NCBI RefSeq assembly: GCF_036365525.1
Contig: NW_027141721.1
Coordinates: forward strand, 248,001-312,000
DNA from: Heterodontus francisci
Lineage: Eukaryota
DNA length: 64,000 bases
Reading direction: 5' to 3'
A model generated the notes under the pieces. That model saw only the letters and a list, made by a program, of their open reading frames with translations. It was not told where the DNA came from and searched no databases. The position numbers were made by a program, and so were the translations under genes. Below are positions 63,400-64,000 of this stretch, in pieces (within the stretch, counting starts at the first letter, position 1; the number at the start of each line of letters is the position of its first letter).

Positions 63400-63743
63400 G
63401 TGAGTTCAGTTTCTTTGTTTTCAATGAAGCAAGGGTCACCTGTAAACATCTTGCAAGAAGGATTGAATGAATAATTGTGAGGGACTTAGAGAAAATCTCC
63501 TATTGTCAGGACTGCCACGGTGGATAACTGACGAACAGGTCCACATAGAGACGGGGCAGACAGTCTTGGGAATTCTGAGAGCTATAACTGCAAACTGCCT
63601 GGTTAGTCCACGAGTTTACATTAACTTACAGTTAGCTTGCGTTAACCAGAGGCCACTATCAAATATTAAGGAATGGGGCAGTGAATTTCTTTTCTTCCAG
63701 AAGAGAGTTGGGGAATGTTTTTGTGTTGTGAGGTGATGATGTG

Positions 63744-63802
63744 GGAGCAGGGAGTATTCAGCCTTGTGTATTTTGGAGATGGCTCTAAATTAACAGTCCT
63801 GG
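63744..63802 (+). CDS. TRBJ: J segment J6 (EQGVFSLVYFGDGSKLTVL)
   Basis: RSS TGTTTTTGT 63716-63724, 12 bp, TGATGTG 63737-63743; GTAAGT donor. Confidence 0.92.
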
Positions 63803-64000
63803 GTAAGTGAGATGTTCGTCAAAATATGTCTCTTACTAGCATTGCAAACGTCGACTAGTTTAGTCTCTTCAATTTAAAGAAAGGAGAGAGAATGTGAAAA
63901 CAGGCAAAAGAGTAAGCATTGCATTGAAGAAGCAAGAATTTAAATAGCTAAATGTAGGAGATTGGAGGAGGGCTGGTGAGAGAGGAATTTACAACCAGAG

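Noticed and set aside
743-63802. IgH, IgNAR, TCR delta or NAR-TCR identity
   Set aside because: The V23/12-D-23/12-J layout, GGGACAG-type D, FGxG J segments and TRBV-like proteins fit TRB; no WGxG J segments are present
63803-64000. C-beta exon
   Set aside because: No C1-domain coding sequence is visible; it presumably lies beyond the window

Overview
This is eukaryotic, vertebrate DNA: a germline T-cell receptor beta (TRB) locus in translocon organisation. It is most likely from a cartilaginous fish, inferred from the repeat content and V sequences rather than proven. All segments are on the + strand. There are 17 V segments or pseudo-segments between 743 and 50715, typically a phase-1 leader exon, a V exon and a 23-bp-spacer RSS, plus 3 orphan leader exons. 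One D segment (GGGACAGCAGGGA, 60013-60025) is flanked by a 12-RSS and a 23-RSS. Six J segments (FGxG motif, 12-RSS, GT donor) lie at 60548-63802. No C exon is in the window. The V array grew by tandem and segmental duplication and is interspersed with CR1, L2-type and RTE LINE fragments, Penelope fragments, tRNA-derived SINEs, microsatellites and two minisatellites. The most notable observations are: (1) most V segments resemble mammalian TRBV30, normally a single inverted segment 3' of C-beta, but here expanded and in forward orientation; (2) an oriented CTCF-motif architecture, with forward sites after V RSSs and reverse sites between V and D; (3) a V family with a germline extra Cys (CACS/CTCS); (4) an intact orphan promoter plus leader; (5) no visible trypsinogen genes in a very short V-D interval. 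Segment names V1-V17 and J1-J6 are positional labels only, and repeat boundaries are approximate.
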